From NCBI GenBank assembly GCA_963811175.1, contig CAWEQE010000002.1, forward strand, positions 276,797-340,796: 64,000 nucleotides of DNA, written 5' to 3'. Under the pieces are notes generated by a model. That model had not been told where the DNA came from. It saw nothing but the letters and a program-made list of their open reading frames with translations, and did no database searches. A program made the translations under genes and the position numbers. Shown here in pieces: positions 18,199-27,501 of the stretch. This DNA is from Rubricoccaceae bacterium. Its GTDB lineage: Bacteria > Bacteroidota > Rhodothermia > Rhodothermales > Rubricoccaceae. The number at the start of each line of letters is the position of its first letter. Within the stretch, counting starts at the first letter, position 1.

Positions 18199-18642
18199 CT
18201 AGATCGTGAGCGTCTCGGGCTGCTGGGCCTCGTGCGGATGGTCCGGGCCGGCGTAGACGTGGAGCTTCTTCAGCATCGCCCGGCCGAGCTTGTTGCGCGG
18301 CATCATGCCCTTGACGGCGTTCTCGACGATGAACTCGGGCTTCGAGTCGCGGAGCTCCTTCGGCGTCCGCTTCTTGATGCCGCCGGGGTAGCCGGAGTGC
18401 CGGAAGTACTCCTTGTCGGTCTCCTTCTTGCCCGTGAACCGCGCCTTGTCTGCGTTGACGACGATCACGTTGTCGCCGACGTCCATGTGGGGCGTGTACT
18501 CGGGGCGATGCTTGCCGCGAAGGATGGTGGCCACGCGAGCGGCGAGCCGGCCGACGACGACGTTCTCCGCGTCGACGACGTGCCACGCCTTCTCGACGTC
18601 GCCGGGCTTCGCGCTGTACGTCTTGAACGAGGTCGTGTTCAT
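18199..18642 (-). CDS. rplM: 50S ribosomal protein L13
   Basis: Start MNTTSFKT at 18642; WHVVDA, GRLAARVA, GKHRPEYTPH, YAGPDHPHEAQQP. Confidence 0.98.
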   Translation of the reverse strand: MNTTSFKTYSAKPGDVEKAWHVVDAENVVVGRLAARVATILRGKHRPEYTPHMDVGDNVIVVNADKARFTGKKETDKEYFRHSGYPGGIKKRTPKELRDSKPEFIVENAVKGMMPRNKLGRAMLKKLHVYAGPDHPHEAQQPETLTI

Positions 18643-18994
18643 AGCTTGGAGGGGGCCGAGGCCCAGGGAAAACGGGGCCGCCGAGACGGCCGGCGCGCGA
18701 GCGCGCAGAGATAGAAGGTCGGGGCCGGACGAACAGGCGGGCGGCCATGAGACTGGCCCCGCCGAGCGGGTTGGCCAGCCCAGCCGCACCGCGACCGGGG
18801 GCGCCCACGGCCTCCCAACGGCGGGAGGCAGACGGACGGGCGCCATAGAACGGGACAAGCTAGGGCCCGCCACAGGGCCGGGTCAACGTGGCGAGGCCCT
18901 CGAAGACCCCCAAACGGACGGGTTCAAGGATTCTTCCCCGGCCTCCTGCGGCCCCGTATCTTGTTCGTTTCTCGCGCCCACGCCCCGCCGCGAC

Positions 18995-19672
18995 GTGAGC
19001 CCTGTCCAGCTTCGCCACCTCAACGCCATCGCCGAACGCCTACCGTTCGCGGTGGACGACTACTCGGCAGCGGGCGCCGCGTTTGCTCGGTGGCGGGAGT
19101 CGGAGCACCACGCCGATCTCCAGACGGTCGAGATCTGGACGTACTGCTACACGTATCGGTACTTCTACACCAAGTTCGCGCGGGAGCGGACGGGGGGCGT
19201 CAGCGACCTCGACGCGGCCATCGACAAGGCCTACCTCCGCGTCCTCACCCACCTCGACTCCGTCCGCGATCCGCTCAAGTTCGCCCACTTCGTGAGCGTG
19301 ATCTGCAAGCGGACGCTCCTCAATCACCGCGCGCGCCGAAAAGAGACGACCGAGGTGACGGAGGGGATGGCTCCCACTGGGTTCGCCGAAGCTCGCGACT
19401 ACGATCGACGCCTCGTCCGCCATGTGCTCGCCTGCGCCATCCAGGCACTCCCGGAGGCGATCCGCGATATCGCCCGGATGCGGCTGCTCGACGGGATGGA
19501 GTACGAGGCGATCGCTGAGGAGACCGGCCGACCGACGCCCACCGTCCGCACCTACGTCTCGAAGGCTCTCACCCGGCTCCGTACGAACGGCGACCTCCGG
19601 TCGCTCTACTTCGACGATCTCCTCCCGCCTGGGCTCGGTGGGCCTCCCGGTGGTGAAGAGGCCACCAAGTGA
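18995..19672 (+). CDS. ECF-type RNA polymerase sigma factor
   Basis: Region 4 ALPEAIRDIARMRLLDGMEYEAIAEETGRPTPTVRTYVSKAL and a divergent region 2. GTG start approximate. Confidence 0.8.
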   Translation: MSPVQLRHLNAIAERLPFAVDDYSAAGAAFARWRESEHHADLQTVEIWTYCYTYRYFYTKFARERTGGVSDLDAAIDKAYLRVLTHLDSVRDPLKFAHFVSVICKRTLLNHRARRKETTEVTEGMAPTGFAEARDYDRRLVRHVLACAIQALPEAIRDIARMRLLDGMEYEAIAEETGRPTPTVRTYVSKALTRLRTNGDLRSLYFDDLLPPGLGGPPGGEEATK

Positions 19673-19729
19673 TCCCGCCGGGTTAGATGTCCGCCATTTC
19701 CCTGTCTAAACGGGCGTTCTCCACCTCCT

Positions 19730-20650
19730 GTGACCGACATCAGCTCCCGCCTCGCTGACTACCCCGACCTTCTCCCTCGCCAGCGCGCTGAGGTCGACGC
19801 GTTTGTGGCGGCCCATCCGGAGTGGGAAGGCTCCCTCGCCGAGGCCCAGGCCTTCGCCGCCCTCCTCGACGCAGCCGTGGACGACGAGACGGATGCGGTG
19901 GTCCGGCGGGCCGTGGACGAACGCCTGGGGCTGAACACGTCGGAGCGAGAGTGGGCGCCCCGTTCTGGGGACACTCTCGATGCCGACCGCCTCCGCCGTC
20001 GCCTCGACGAACTGGCCACGGCCGAGGACCCGGTCCGCAAGTTCGAACGCCTGACGGGCCGGTCTCTAGACGCCGCGTCGGTCGCGGAGCCCGCCCTGGG
20101 GGGAGACGGCCAAGCGCACGGCCTCTCGGCGGCCCCGGACCGGCCGGCGGTCGTCGCATTGCGCCGGTCGTCCCATTTGCCCCGGTGGATCGCGGTCGGC
20201 GTGGCCGTGCTCGCCGTCGCGTACGGCGGGCTCTATGCGGCCTCGGCCGCCTCCGTCTCGGAGCGGTCCCAGCTCGCCGCGCTCGGCGAGCTGTCCGGAT
20301 ACGTGGCCCCCACACTGCGCGGCACCGCCGACGCCTCCCTCCCCGGGCGCCTCGACGCCGCGCTCGACCGTGTGGACGAGGCTCGCCAGTCCACGCTCGG
20401 CCTGTTCCCGCGCTACGACGCCGACCGACTGGCGGCCGTCGCCGCCGACCTCGGGGCCGTCGCCACCGAGGCCGATCCCGAGACCGCCGTCTCGCAGGAG
20501 GCTCGGTACGCGCTCGGCCGCGTCTCTCTCTACCTCGGCCGCGACGCGGACGCGGCCCGCGTGTTGGGGACGCTGGTCCGCGAAGGTGGGTACCGAGCGC
20601 CCGCGGCCCGCCGGCTCCTCGACTACATCCGCACGCAGGACGGGGCCTGA
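19730..20650 (+). CDS. Putative membrane anti-sigma factor with C-terminal TPR-like helices
   Basis: Follows the sigma gene; one TM (WIAVGVAVLAVAYGGLY); EARYALGRVSLYLG TPR-like segment. Confidence 0.55.
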   Translation: MTDISSRLADYPDLLPRQRAEVDAFVAAHPEWEGSLAEAQAFAALLDAAVDDETDAVVRRAVDERLGLNTSEREWAPRSGDTLDADRLRRRLDELATAEDPVRKFERLTGRSLDAASVAEPALGGDGQAHGLSAAPDRPAVVALRRSSHLPRWIAVGVAVLAVAYGGLYAASAASVSERSQLAALGELSGYVAPTLRGTADASLPGRLDAALDRVDEARQSTLGLFPRYDADRLAAVAADLGAVATEADPETAVSQEARYALGRVSLYLGRDADAARVLGTLVREGGYRAPAARRLLDYIRTQDGA

Positions 20651-20716
20651 ACGCCAGCACTGACAGGTCGCTGGCACGGGCCGGCGGTACCTTCGGGCGA
20701 GCCAGATTCCCCTCCT

Positions 20717-21313
20717 GTGTACGCATACGTCTCCGGCACGCTCGCCGAGAAAAAGCCCACCGAAGCCGTCATCGAGGCTGGCGGCATCGGCTACCGCCTC
20801 CTGATCCCGGCCTCGTCGTTCGAGAAGCTCCCCGCCAAGGGGCAGCCCGCCAAGCTCGTCACCACCTACGTGGTCCGAGACGATGCGCACACGCTCTACG
20901 GCTTCGCCACGGACGCGGAACGAACGACGTTCGAGACGATGACGGCCGTCTCCGGCGTCGGGCCGAAGCTGGGGCTGGCAGCACTCAGCGCCATGAGCCC
21001 CTCGGAACTGCGCGACACCGTCGTCGGCGGCGACGCAGCCATGCTCACGCGCGTGCCGGGGATCGGGAAGAAGACGGCCGAGCGGCTGATCGTGGAGCTG
21101 CGCGACAAGTTCGCGGCCATCGACGGCCTGGAGCCGGCCGGCGCCCTCGGCGGAGACGGCAGCGCCGAGGCTCGGTCCGACGCCCGCGCCGGCCTCGAAG
21201 CGCTCGGCCTCTCCCGCGCCGAGGCCGAGCGACGGCTCCGAAAAGCGCTCCGCGCCCACCCCGGCGTCCAGTCCGCCGAGGACCTCATCCGGCTCGCCCT
21301 CCGCGAAGGCTGA
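20717..21313 (+). CDS. ruvA: Holliday junction branch migration protein RuvA
   Basis: GIGYRL, LYGF, VSGVGPKLG, VPGIGKKTAERLIVELRDK. Confidence 0.97.
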   Translation: MYAYVSGTLAEKKPTEAVIEAGGIGYRLLIPASSFEKLPAKGQPAKLVTTYVVRDDAHTLYGFATDAERTTFETMTAVSGVGPKLGLAALSAMSPSELRDTVVGGDAAMLTRVPGIGKKTAERLIVELRDKFAAIDGLEPAGALGGDGSAEARSDARAGLEALGLSRAEAERRLRKALRAHPGVQSAEDLIRLALREG

Positions 21314-21429
21314 CGGCTGGCAGGCGCGTGTCGCCAGCTAGAGGGGCCTAGCGAGAGCGTAAGACGGGGGTAATACGGCTCGAGCTCCGAGCCCCTAGGT
21401 TGGAGCGCCCGTCCACGTCCCACCGCTGC

Positions 21430-22149
21430 ATGGCCCCCGACCCCGAGGTCTCCGAGACCGCCACCGTCCTCGTCGTCGACGACGAGCCGGACCTCGTCGA
21501 GTTGCTCCAGTACGCGCTCGAGACGGCCGGCTTCCGCGTGCTCACCGCCGCCGACGGCATCGAGGGGCTGGCGCTCGCCGAGGCCGAGAAGCCGGACCTC
21601 CTCGTCGTCGACATCATGATGCCGCTGATGGACGGCGTGGCCCTCACCGAGAAGGTCCGCGAGCGGGCCGCCCTCCGCCTCACCCCCATCCTCATGCTCA
21701 CGGCCCGGACCAACGAGCACGACGAGATCGCCGGGCTGGAGGCCGGTGCCGACGACTACCTCCCGAAGCCGGTCAGCCCGCGCCGGCTCGTCAGCCGTGT
21801 GAAGGCGCTCCTACGCCGGATCGAGCGCGAGGAAGAGGCGACCACCTCCCAGATCCGCGTCCACGACCTCGTGATCGACCGCGAGCGGTACGTGGTCGAG
21901 CGGCCGGGCGCGGACGAGACGTTTCGGCTCCCGCGCAAAGAGTTCGAGCTGCTGTTCTTCCTGGCGAGCCACCCCGGCCGCGTGTTCGAGCGCGACGACC
22001 TGCTGTCCGCCGTCTGGGGCGCCGACGTCGTCGTCGTGGACCGGACCGTGGACGTCCACGTGCGGAAGATCCGCGAGAAGATCGGGAGCGACTACATCGA
22101 GACGGTCAAGGGCGTGGGCTACCGACTGGCGGAGTCGTTGGACGAGTAA
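21430..22149 (+). CDS. phoB: OmpR/PhoB-family response regulator
   Basis: VLVVDDE, VVDIMMP, GADDYLPKP, EFELLFFL, RTVDVHVRKIREKIG...IETVKGVGY. Confidence 0.8.
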   Translation: MAPDPEVSETATVLVVDDEPDLVELLQYALETAGFRVLTAADGIEGLALAEAEKPDLLVVDIMMPLMDGVALTEKVRERAALRLTPILMLTARTNEHDEIAGLEAGADDYLPKPVSPRRLVSRVKALLRRIEREEEATTSQIRVHDLVIDRERYVVERPGADETFRLPRKEFELLFFLASHPGRVFERDDLLSAVWGADVVVVDRTVDVHVRKIREKIGSDYIETVKGVGYRLAESLDE

Positions 22150-22185
22150 TCCACATCGGGTCGTTCCCGCCAGCCCGAGCGGGTC

Positions 22186-22222
22186 CGTGATTCGTGACGT
22201 CGCCTCGGGAACACGAATCACG
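22186..22222. repeat. Inverted heptamer element, same family as 16571-16650
   Basis: CGTGATTCGTG ... CACGAATCACG(CATCC). Confidence 0.55.
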
Positions 22223-22379
22223 CATCCAGAGCCGACGGCCGGCCCCGCAGAGACCACGGTCGCTCCTAAAAAACCCGGGGCGACCCGTGCTTGTGGCGAG
22301 GAGGTGGGACGGGAGTACGGCTCTCGTCTCTAACGACCCAGATGCTCACCCTTTCCTGCCAACAGGGAAGCCGGCTCCC

Positions 22380-22760
22380 TCACGAGCCGGCTGCCATCGC
22401 CGCCAGGTTCGCCTGAGCCGCCTCGACGAACCGCTGGTGCTCGCCCGGGGGGGAGAGCTCGAAGAACTCGAGGTCTTCCTCGGCGACGGCGGTGTGTCCG
22501 GGGGGGAGGTAGCAGACGTCTCCCGCCCGGAGGGTCTCCTCCCCCCCGTCATCGTACTCGACCCGGATCCTCCCGCTTATGACGTAGATCCAGTGGGGGC
22601 AAGGGCAGTGGTCACCGGGAAGTCCCTTGAGGAGAGGACCGAAGTCCGTTCCGGCCGGGACCGATACGACTGCCGCCCGCATGCCTCCCCAGTCTACACC
22701 GCGGACTGTCGCGGGACCGGCTTCGAGGAGAATGGGGAGCGTGTCTTTAGAGGCTCGCAT
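22380..22760 (-). CDS. Cupin-domain protein
   Basis: CPCPHWIYVISGRIRV...GDVCYLPPGH. Confidence 0.85.
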   Translation of the reverse strand: MRASKDTLPILLEAGPATVRGVDWGGMRAAVVSVPAGTDFGPLLKGLPGDHCPCPHWIYVISGRIRVEYDDGGEETLRAGDVCYLPPGHTAVAEEDLEFFELSPPGEHQRFVEAAQANLAAMAAGS

Positions 22761-22805
22761 GGTCTCGTAGCAGGAGGGGAGATGGGCCGGATGCCGAGGA
22801 GGTAA

Positions 22806-22997
22806 CTACTCCTCAAGGCGGACGTGGACGGCGGCGGGGCACCGGCCGCCCTCGTACGTAGCCGCGTTGTTGATGCGGATTCCCTCCACGCACCGGCCCG
22901 TCTGGCGCTCGAAGTCCTGGAGGAGGGAGAGGAGCGCGTGCTCGAGCCGCTGTTTGGAGCGGTCAGGGGTGGAGACACGCTTCACAGGGTGTGCCAT
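22806..22997 (-). CDS. Small hypothetical protein (63 aa)
   Basis: MAHPVKRV...LLQDFERQTGRCVEGI...VHVRLEE; protein-like composition, upstream of the cupin. Confidence 0.45.
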   Translation of the reverse strand: MAHPVKRVSTPDRSKQRLEHALLSLLQDFERQTGRCVEGIRINNAATYEGGRCPAAVHVRLEE

Positions 22998-23275
22998 GGT
23001 CGTGGGGATCAATCTGAAGGCTCCGTCGCCACGCCGGGCTGCAGGCCCTCCAAGACGCGTGCGGCGCGGATCTGGAGACCGGACTCCGCTGAGCCCGTGT
23101 CCCTATATAGAGATCAAGTCTATATAAAACAAATGACTGATTCGAATCTCGAGGCCAGCCGCTCTCTTTCTGGGTGACCCATCAAGACCGAGAGGGGAAG
23201 GGCCGGTGGTGCTCTCGGCCAGCGGCCTACCGGGCTTGCGAGCAGCGTATCCTTCAATCTGCCGCCGCCGCCCCC

Positions 23276-24430
23276 GTGACCCGTCCGACCCCGCACTCGC
23301 CGCGTCTGCACCGCCTCGCGCTCCGCGTCGCACGGACGGTGGGGCTCGCGGTCGGCGGGGCGAGCCTTATCCTGGCGGTCCTGGTCGTTGAAGGGTGGGG
23401 CCCTCGGGTCGCGGTCGCCGCTGCGCTGGCGGCTGTCGCAGGCGGGGCCACGTACCTCACCGTTGCCCGACAAGTGGCCGACCGGCTGGAGCTGGCGCGC
23501 CGCACGCTCCGAGACGCCCGGAAACGACGGTTCGACGCCCTCGCCTCCCTCCCCGGCACCCAGAACGGCGACGAACTGGACGCCCTCATTCACCAGGTCG
23601 GACGGGCTGGGCGGACGCTCCAGCAGGAGATCGAGCGGCTGGAGCGTGTCGAGAGCTACCGGCGCGAGTTCTTGGGCGACGTGAGCCACGAGCTGCGGAC
23701 CCCCATCTTCGCCGTGGCTGGCTTTGCCGAGACCCTCCTCGACGGCGCCCTCGACGACGACCGCGTGCGCCGCCGATTCGTCGAGAAAGTCCTCTCCAAC
23801 GCCCGTCGGTTGGAGGCCCTCACGCGCGACCTCTCGGACATCTCGAAGCTCGAGACCGGCCGCCTCCAGCTCGACCGCGCCCCGTTCGACCTCCGCCAAC
23901 TGGTAGCCGAAGTGGTAGAGGGCTTGGAGCACGCCGCGCGCGACCACAATGTGACGCTCGCGGCCCGCATCTCCGCGGATCTCCCCCCCGCCGTGGGCGA
24001 CCGCGAGCGGCTACGGCAGGTGCTCACGAACCTGGCCGAGAACGCGCTCAAGTACAACGAGCCGGGCGGGCAGGTGGAGGTCACGGCCCGCCAGCGGCCC
24101 ACGGGCGACGTCCGCGTGTCCGTCGTGGACGATGGGATCGGGATTCCAGAGGAGGCGCTCGGACGGCTGACGGAGCGCTTTTTCCGGGTCGACAAAAGTC
24201 GGTCCCGGGCCGAGGGCGGTACCGGCCTCGGCCTCGCCATCGTCAAGCACATCTTGGAGGCGCATGGCCAGCGTCTCGACGTGGAGAGCCGTCTCGGCTA
24301 CGGCTCCACGTTCGCGTTCTCGCTCCCCTCGGCAGGCCCCCCGTTCCCACTCCGCGGCGACGGGGCCACGCTCGGAGCGCAGGTGCCACGGCTCCACGGC
24401 TCGGCGTCGCGCGACTCCAGGGTGCCGTAA
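23276..24430 (+). CDS. phoR: PhoR-like sensor histidine kinase
   Basis: Two TMs, DVSHELRTP, NLAENALKYN, DDGIGI, FFRVDKSRSR, GTGLGLAIVKH. Start approximate. Confidence 0.8.
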   Translation: MTRPTPHSPRLHRLALRVARTVGLAVGGASLILAVLVVEGWGPRVAVAAALAAVAGGATYLTVARQVADRLELARRTLRDARKRRFDALASLPGTQNGDELDALIHQVGRAGRTLQQEIERLERVESYRREFLGDVSHELRTPIFAVAGFAETLLDGALDDDRVRRRFVEKVLSNARRLEALTRDLSDISKLETGRLQLDRAPFDLRQLVAEVVEGLEHAARDHNVTLAARISADLPPAVGDRERLRQVLTNLAENALKYNEPGGQVEVTARQRPTGDVRVSVVDDGIGIPEEALGRLTERFFRVDKSRSRAEGGTGLGLAIVKHILEAHGQRLDVESRLGYGSTFAFSLPSAGPPFPLRGDGATLGAQVPRLHGSASRDSRVP

Positions 24431-24501
24431 GTCGTCACAACAGAGGTTTCGGAACACGGGCTCGGTCTCCACGGGTACGAGGGCTCCCCACCCCCTCCGC
24501 C

Positions 24502-24963
24502 GTGACCCTCGCCGAGCTTATCCAGCAGACCAACTTCGCGTCGCCCGCGCAGGAAGCTCTCCTCAATGTGTTCGCGACGGACTCGTGGGCGGCGGGCGAG
24601 ATCGCCGCGGCGATCTCGCCCCTTGGCATCACGCGAGCGCAGTACAACGTCCTCCGGATCTTGCGCGGCCACCATCCCGAGCGTTACGCCTGCTCCGAGA
24701 TCGGCTGCCGCCTCCTCGACCGGACGCCCGACGTGACGCGCCTCCTCGTACGCCTGGAAAAGCAGGGGCTCGTCGAGCGGCGCCAGGCCGAGCACGACCG
24801 CCGCGTGGTCGAGGTCGGAATCACGCCGGCCGGGTTGGACCTTCTCGACCGGCTCGACGAGCCGGTCGCGCGGGCTACCGCGCGCGTCACCCGTCACCTG
24901 TCCGACGACGAACTCGGGACGCTCTCCCGCCTCTTGGAAAAAATGCGAACCGACCAGACATAG
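24502..24963 (+). CDS. MarR-family transcriptional regulator
   Basis: GITRAQYNVLRILRG, PDVTRLLVRLEKQGLVER, DRRVVEVGIT. Confidence 0.9.
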   Translation: MTLAELIQQTNFASPAQEALLNVFATDSWAAGEIAAAISPLGITRAQYNVLRILRGHHPERYACSEIGCRLLDRTPDVTRLLVRLEKQGLVERRQAEHDRRVVEVGITPAGLDLLDRLDEPVARATARVTRHLSDDELGTLSRLLEKMRTDQT

Positions 24964-25026
24964 GGACGGCCCGACCTCCGGCAGGGACGCCGGCGGCCGG
25001 GCCGCACGAGATGGACCTGACCCGTG

Positions 25027-25476
25027 CTACCAGCGCGGCTCGCCGCGGACGGCGCGGAGTTGAGCGGGGGCATCCGCCACGTCGGGCGAGAACGTCCCCA
25101 CCCACACCTTGTAGGTGCCGGCGGCCCCGTTCGAGAAGGTCACGGCGGGGTTGCTCCCGTTGGCGTCGTCGCTGCAATGCCAGCGGCCGGCGGGGTCCAG
25201 CACGAGGAGCGTCGTGTCGGTGTCGGAGGTGGCGTAGATCGCGAGCGGGCCGCTGCCCTCGAACGAGACCGCTGCGTTGGGGGCGCCGTCGATGTAGCCC
25301 GAGCAGCCGTTGCCGGGGACCGCGTTGCGGTCCTGGCCGCCCGCCCGGATCGCCAGCGCCGCGGGCTCGGCGGTGACTTGAAGCGTCCCGGACTGAGGGG
25401 CCGCGTTCCGCTGTGGCTGAGCGCTGGCGGGGAGCGCCGCCAGCAGGGCGAGGGCCGAGAGAGTGAGAAGACGCAT
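25027..25476 (-). CDS. Secreted single-domain protein (PPC-like Cys/DD beta domain)
   Basis: Signal peptide; AGG..CSGY..P..DTTLLV..P.GRWHCSDD..G..P..G.YKVWVGTF. Confidence 0.75.
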   Translation of the reverse strand: MRLLTLSALALLAALPASAQPQRNAAPQSGTLQVTAEPAALAIRAGGQDRNAVPGNGCSGYIDGAPNAAVSFEGSGPLAIYATSDTDTTLLVLDPAGRWHCSDDANGSNPAVTFSNGAAGTYKVWVGTFSPDVADAPAQLRAVRGEPRW

Positions 25477-25539
25477 GGCCGGGTACGGGAGGGTGAGCCT
25501 GTGCGACTACAAACGCGGTGCCAGACGGATTGGTGCCGC

Positions 25540-27330
25540 CTACTCTCCCCCCGTCCCGACCTCCCGGAAAAGGGACAGTTCAGCGTCTGGCGGGGCGGTG
25601 AGACGGGAGAAGGTCCCGACCCAGACGGAGAAGGCGCCCTCCGCACTTTCGGGCACGTCGATGCGGGGGTCGGTGCCGTCGGCATCGTCGCTGCAATACC
25701 ACGCGCCGCCGGGCGCCTGGACGAGCAGCGTGAGGTCCGCATCGGCGGAGGCCGAGACGCGGACCGGCCCGCTGGCGGTGAACGAGGCCGTAGGCCGCTC
25801 GCTCACGAACCCGCTGCACGCGGTCCCCACCACCGGGTTGAGGATCGGCCCACCGGCCCGCACCGACGCCGTCTCGCCGAGGTCGAGCGTGAGGGCGGCC
25901 TGCCCGGCCCGGATCTCGGTCCCGTCGTACGTCCCCTCGGACTGCGGATCGACGCCGACCGGCTCTGGGCCGACGCTCCTCTCCGAGACCTCCAGTTCCC
26001 CGCGCGCCGCCCGCACCGTCACGTCGAAGGGCTCCCCCAGGTCGCCGTACGAGCCAGCCCACACGAGATAGGCGCCCGCCTCGGGCTCGTCGATCTGGAC
26101 ACCGGGGTCGAGGTTGTAGGCGTCGTCGCTGCAATACCACGTGCCGCTCGGCGTGCGGAGGATCATCACGAGGTCCACCTCGCCCGACGCCGTGATCGCC
26201 ACCGGGCCGTCGCCCTCGACCGTGACGCTCACGGTCGGGCGCTCCTCGACGAGCCCGCTACAGAGGCCGCCTTGAATGGGGTTGAGCATCGTGGGAGAGA
26301 TCACGAGGTCCGCCGAGGTCTCGTCGCCTTCCAAGACGAGCGCGGAGGGCGACGCCGAGAGGTCGAGCACGCCGTAGGTCCCCTCCCCGAACGGACCTCC
26401 CATACCGGGCTCGTCGAACGAGTAGTCGTCGAAGCCCTCGTCGCCCATCATCAACTCCGTCTCGGAGAACGTCAGCGTCGCCGGCGCCGTCTCGAGCTGT
26501 GCGCCGTAGGTCCCGACCCAGACTGCGTAGGCCCCGCTTTCTGCATCGGCCACCTCGATGGCCGGGTCCGACCCGTAGACATCGTCGTTGCACCAGACCT
26601 CGCCCTCCGGTCCGGAGACGAGCAGGACGAGGTCCCCCTCCATTGCGTACGCGGCGATCACGAGCGTTCCGGGGCCGTCGCTTGCTGTGTAGTCGATGAG
26701 GGCCGTCGGCTGGGCGGCGTCGATGAACCCGGTGCAGAACAGGCTCGGGTCCAGGTCGAGGGCGGCGGCGCGGTCTCCGCCTCCCGCCTGGACGTTGATC
26801 TCGATGGCGCCCTGTGCCTCTTCGAAGCCGGCGACCGCCTCGACGGTCCCCGATACCGGCGCGGCCGTGGGGTCGAGGACCGGCGGCGGCGGCGGCGCCC
26901 CGGCGTAGAGCGTCGCCTCGGGCTCGTACGCGTCCGGGCTGAAGGAGCCCAGCCAGACGGCGTAGCGACCCGCCTCCGCGTTCGTCAGGTCGACCACCGG
27001 CGAAGTCCCCTCGGCGTCGTCGTTGCACGTCCATTCGCCGTCGGGGCCCGCGACGAGGAGCGTCGCGTCGAACCCGGCACGGACCCAGAAGCGGAGGTCG
27101 CCGCCGCCCCAGTCCAGCACCACGTCCGGCGCCGAGGGGTCCACGTAGCCAGGGCAGTCCGGGACGCCGCTCTCCGAGACGGCCCGGACGTCGAAGGTCG
27201 CCGAGCCCTCAGCGCCGGCCGCAAGCCGGAGCGCCTGGACGGCGGCCGGCGCGTCGGTCTGCATCGGCTGCGCTGAGACCGCCAGCGGCGTGAGAAGAAC
27301 AGCGAGAAGGAGCAGGTGGACGCGCGGCAT
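25540..27330 (-). CDS. Secreted acidic protein with four tandem copies of the same Cys/DD domain
   Basis: Start MPRVHLLL at 27330; four repeats of C.G...W.C(N/S)DD...VW(V/L/A)G(S/T)(F/Y). Confidence 0.8.
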   Translation of the reverse strand: MPRVHLLLLAVLLTPLAVSAQPMQTDAPAAVQALRLAAGAEGSATFDVRAVSESGVPDCPGYVDPSAPDVVLDWGGGDLRFWVRAGFDATLLVAGPDGEWTCNDDAEGTSPVVDLTNAEAGRYAVWLGSFSPDAYEPEATLYAGAPPPPPVLDPTAAPVSGTVEAVAGFEEAQGAIEINVQAGGGDRAAALDLDPSLFCTGFIDAAQPTALIDYTASDGPGTLVIAAYAMEGDLVLLVSGPEGEVWCNDDVYGSDPAIEVADAESGAYAVWVGTYGAQLETAPATLTFSETELMMGDEGFDDYSFDEPGMGGPFGEGTYGVLDLSASPSALVLEGDETSADLVISPTMLNPIQGGLCSGLVEERPTVSVTVEGDGPVAITASGEVDLVMILRTPSGTWYCSDDAYNLDPGVQIDEPEAGAYLVWAGSYGDLGEPFDVTVRAARGELEVSERSVGPEPVGVDPQSEGTYDGTEIRAGQAALTLDLGETASVRAGGPILNPVVGTACSGFVSERPTASFTASGPVRVSASADADLTLLVQAPGGAWYCSDDADGTDPRIDVPESAEGAFSVWVGTFSRLTAPPDAELSLFREVGTGGE

Positions 27331-27501
27331 CGAACGGGGAGACGGGAAGGGAAGGCCAAGGTCGCCTCCTGGCACCACAAGAACCAGAGGCTTCGCAGGA
27401 CGGAAGCGGACCGACACGCGACGAGGCGCCCCGGCCGAACCGGAGCGCCTCGTGACTGCACCGCTGGCGGTGGCCGCCAGTGGCCGTCCAGCAGAGCGGC
27501 G

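Noticed and set aside
18740-18840. SRP (ffs) RNA
   Set aside because: The conserved CAGG...GGAAGCAG domain IV motif is absent.
25024-27276. 750-aa plus-strand ORF
   Set aside because: Shadow of the repeat-domain genes.
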